Assembly: GCA_000934665.2 (NCBI GenBank)
Contig: KZ538201.1
Coordinates: forward strand, 1 to 64,000
Origin: Catajapyx aquilonaris
Lineage: Eukaryota
Length of the DNA: 64,000 nt
Direction: 5' to 3'
Under the pieces are notes generated by a model, which searched no databases, was not told where the DNA came from, and saw only the letters and a list, made by a program, of their open reading frames with translations. The position numbers were made by a program, and so were the translations under genes. Of this stretch, positions 63,201 through 64,000 are shown one piece after another (the first letter of the stretch is position 1; each line of letters opens with the position of its first letter).

Positions 63201-64000
63201 GTTTATATACGGATCTTAAACGGTTTCTCATATAAAAAGTCTTATAGAATGGCTCTGTCTGTCTGTGTACAGGTATCATGGCCTAAACAGCAAAAGATAA
63301 AGACAAACAGTTTTCGGATTCGAATTCAGCGGCTCCTAAATTGGTTTCCTGGTCAACTTCCGGTGACCGGCCACTTCTGGTCTTCCGGGTTCACACTATC
63401 TACATGCGGTAGAAATTATTTTCCTTCAGATTACTTGGAAACCGGACATGAGACTGACAACTTTCGATGGTCATTGTTGCCCAATTGAATTTCATTGGCA
63501 ATGAGAAAATGTCTACTCGAATCACGCACCAATGGTGAATTTTCATCAATTGCGGTTACTTACCAACGAGAATGAAGGCCAGAGCGATGAGAAAGGTGAG
63601 AGCATATGCAAAGAAGGGATCATTTCCCTTCCTAAATCCCTTAGCGAAGATGTCCAGGTACGGAAACAGCTTGTCCTTGCATAGGGCCTGGAAGAGTTTG
63701 GGCGCGGAAACGAGGCAGGCGAGCGCAGAGGACAGCGTGGCCGCGAAGCACCCTGCGTAAATCAACGGTCCGAAGATGGATATGAGCTCCATGATCTGGA
63801 AACTGTGGTGCATTCCCCATCCGCACTCTCGTCCTGTGCAGTTCAGGTATTCCTCTCCACCTATCTCGACCTCTGTAGCGTTTCCTGACGCTTCTCGTAC
63901 GGCTTCTGCACCGGCCAACAGCACGAACGCGATGTAAGACAGAGTGGTCAGTATGATGGCCCATAGTGTTCCCTTGGGTATGGCCGATGACGGATCCCTC
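60259..64000 (-). CDS. SLC12 cation-chloride cotransporter, paralog 3 (3' part only; 5' part beyond the window)
   Basis: Exons >64000-63564, 63142-63021, 62959-62824, 62768-62315, 61795-61338, 60963-60849, 60789-60638, 60577-60466, 60394-60259. Motifs [77 protein letters not shown]. Confidence 0.92.
61953..62270 (-). mobile_element. Non-autonomous Helitron (318 bp) in an intron of paralog 3
   Basis: Minus strand starts TC (TCTTATACATATATATCCCAACGTATGTCTGT), ends with hairpin CCCGAGCAACTCCGGG followed by ..CTGCTAG, and is inserted between A (62271) and T (61952) with no target-site duplication. Confidence 0.8.

Noticed and set aside
63190..63555. Possible DINE-1/Helentron-like insertion in a paralog 3 intron
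   Set aside because: A ctgtctgtctgt tract and short hairpins are suggestive, but termini could not be defined.

Overview
Eukaryotic, intron-rich genomic DNA with short GT-AG introns, most consistent with an arthropod (inferred from a divergent ionotropic receptor and insect/crustacean-like SLC12 motifs; the species cannot be determined). Left to right: a tRNA-derived SINE with a target-site duplication, an intronless divergent ionotropic receptor (-), a head-to-head UBA2/SAE2 (-) and ALG13 (+) pair, then three same-strand SLC12 cation-chloride cotransporter paralogs (the third runs off the window end). NAXD (+) lies between the first two paralogs, and a tRNA-Phe(GAA) gene sits in intron 1 of the first. 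Paralog 1 keeps the canonical NKCC K+-site residues, while paralog 2 has Tyr->Asn (TM3) and Thr->Ala (TM6), pointing to a K+-independent, NaCCC2/Ncc83-like transporter. Paralog 1 also has a candidate 48-nt cassette exon at a position equivalent to vertebrate NKCC1 exon 21. Non-coding DNA is rich in fold-back/MITE-like elements, non-autonomous Helitrons, long palindromes and AT-rich satellites. Exon coordinates were read by hand; no searches were run.
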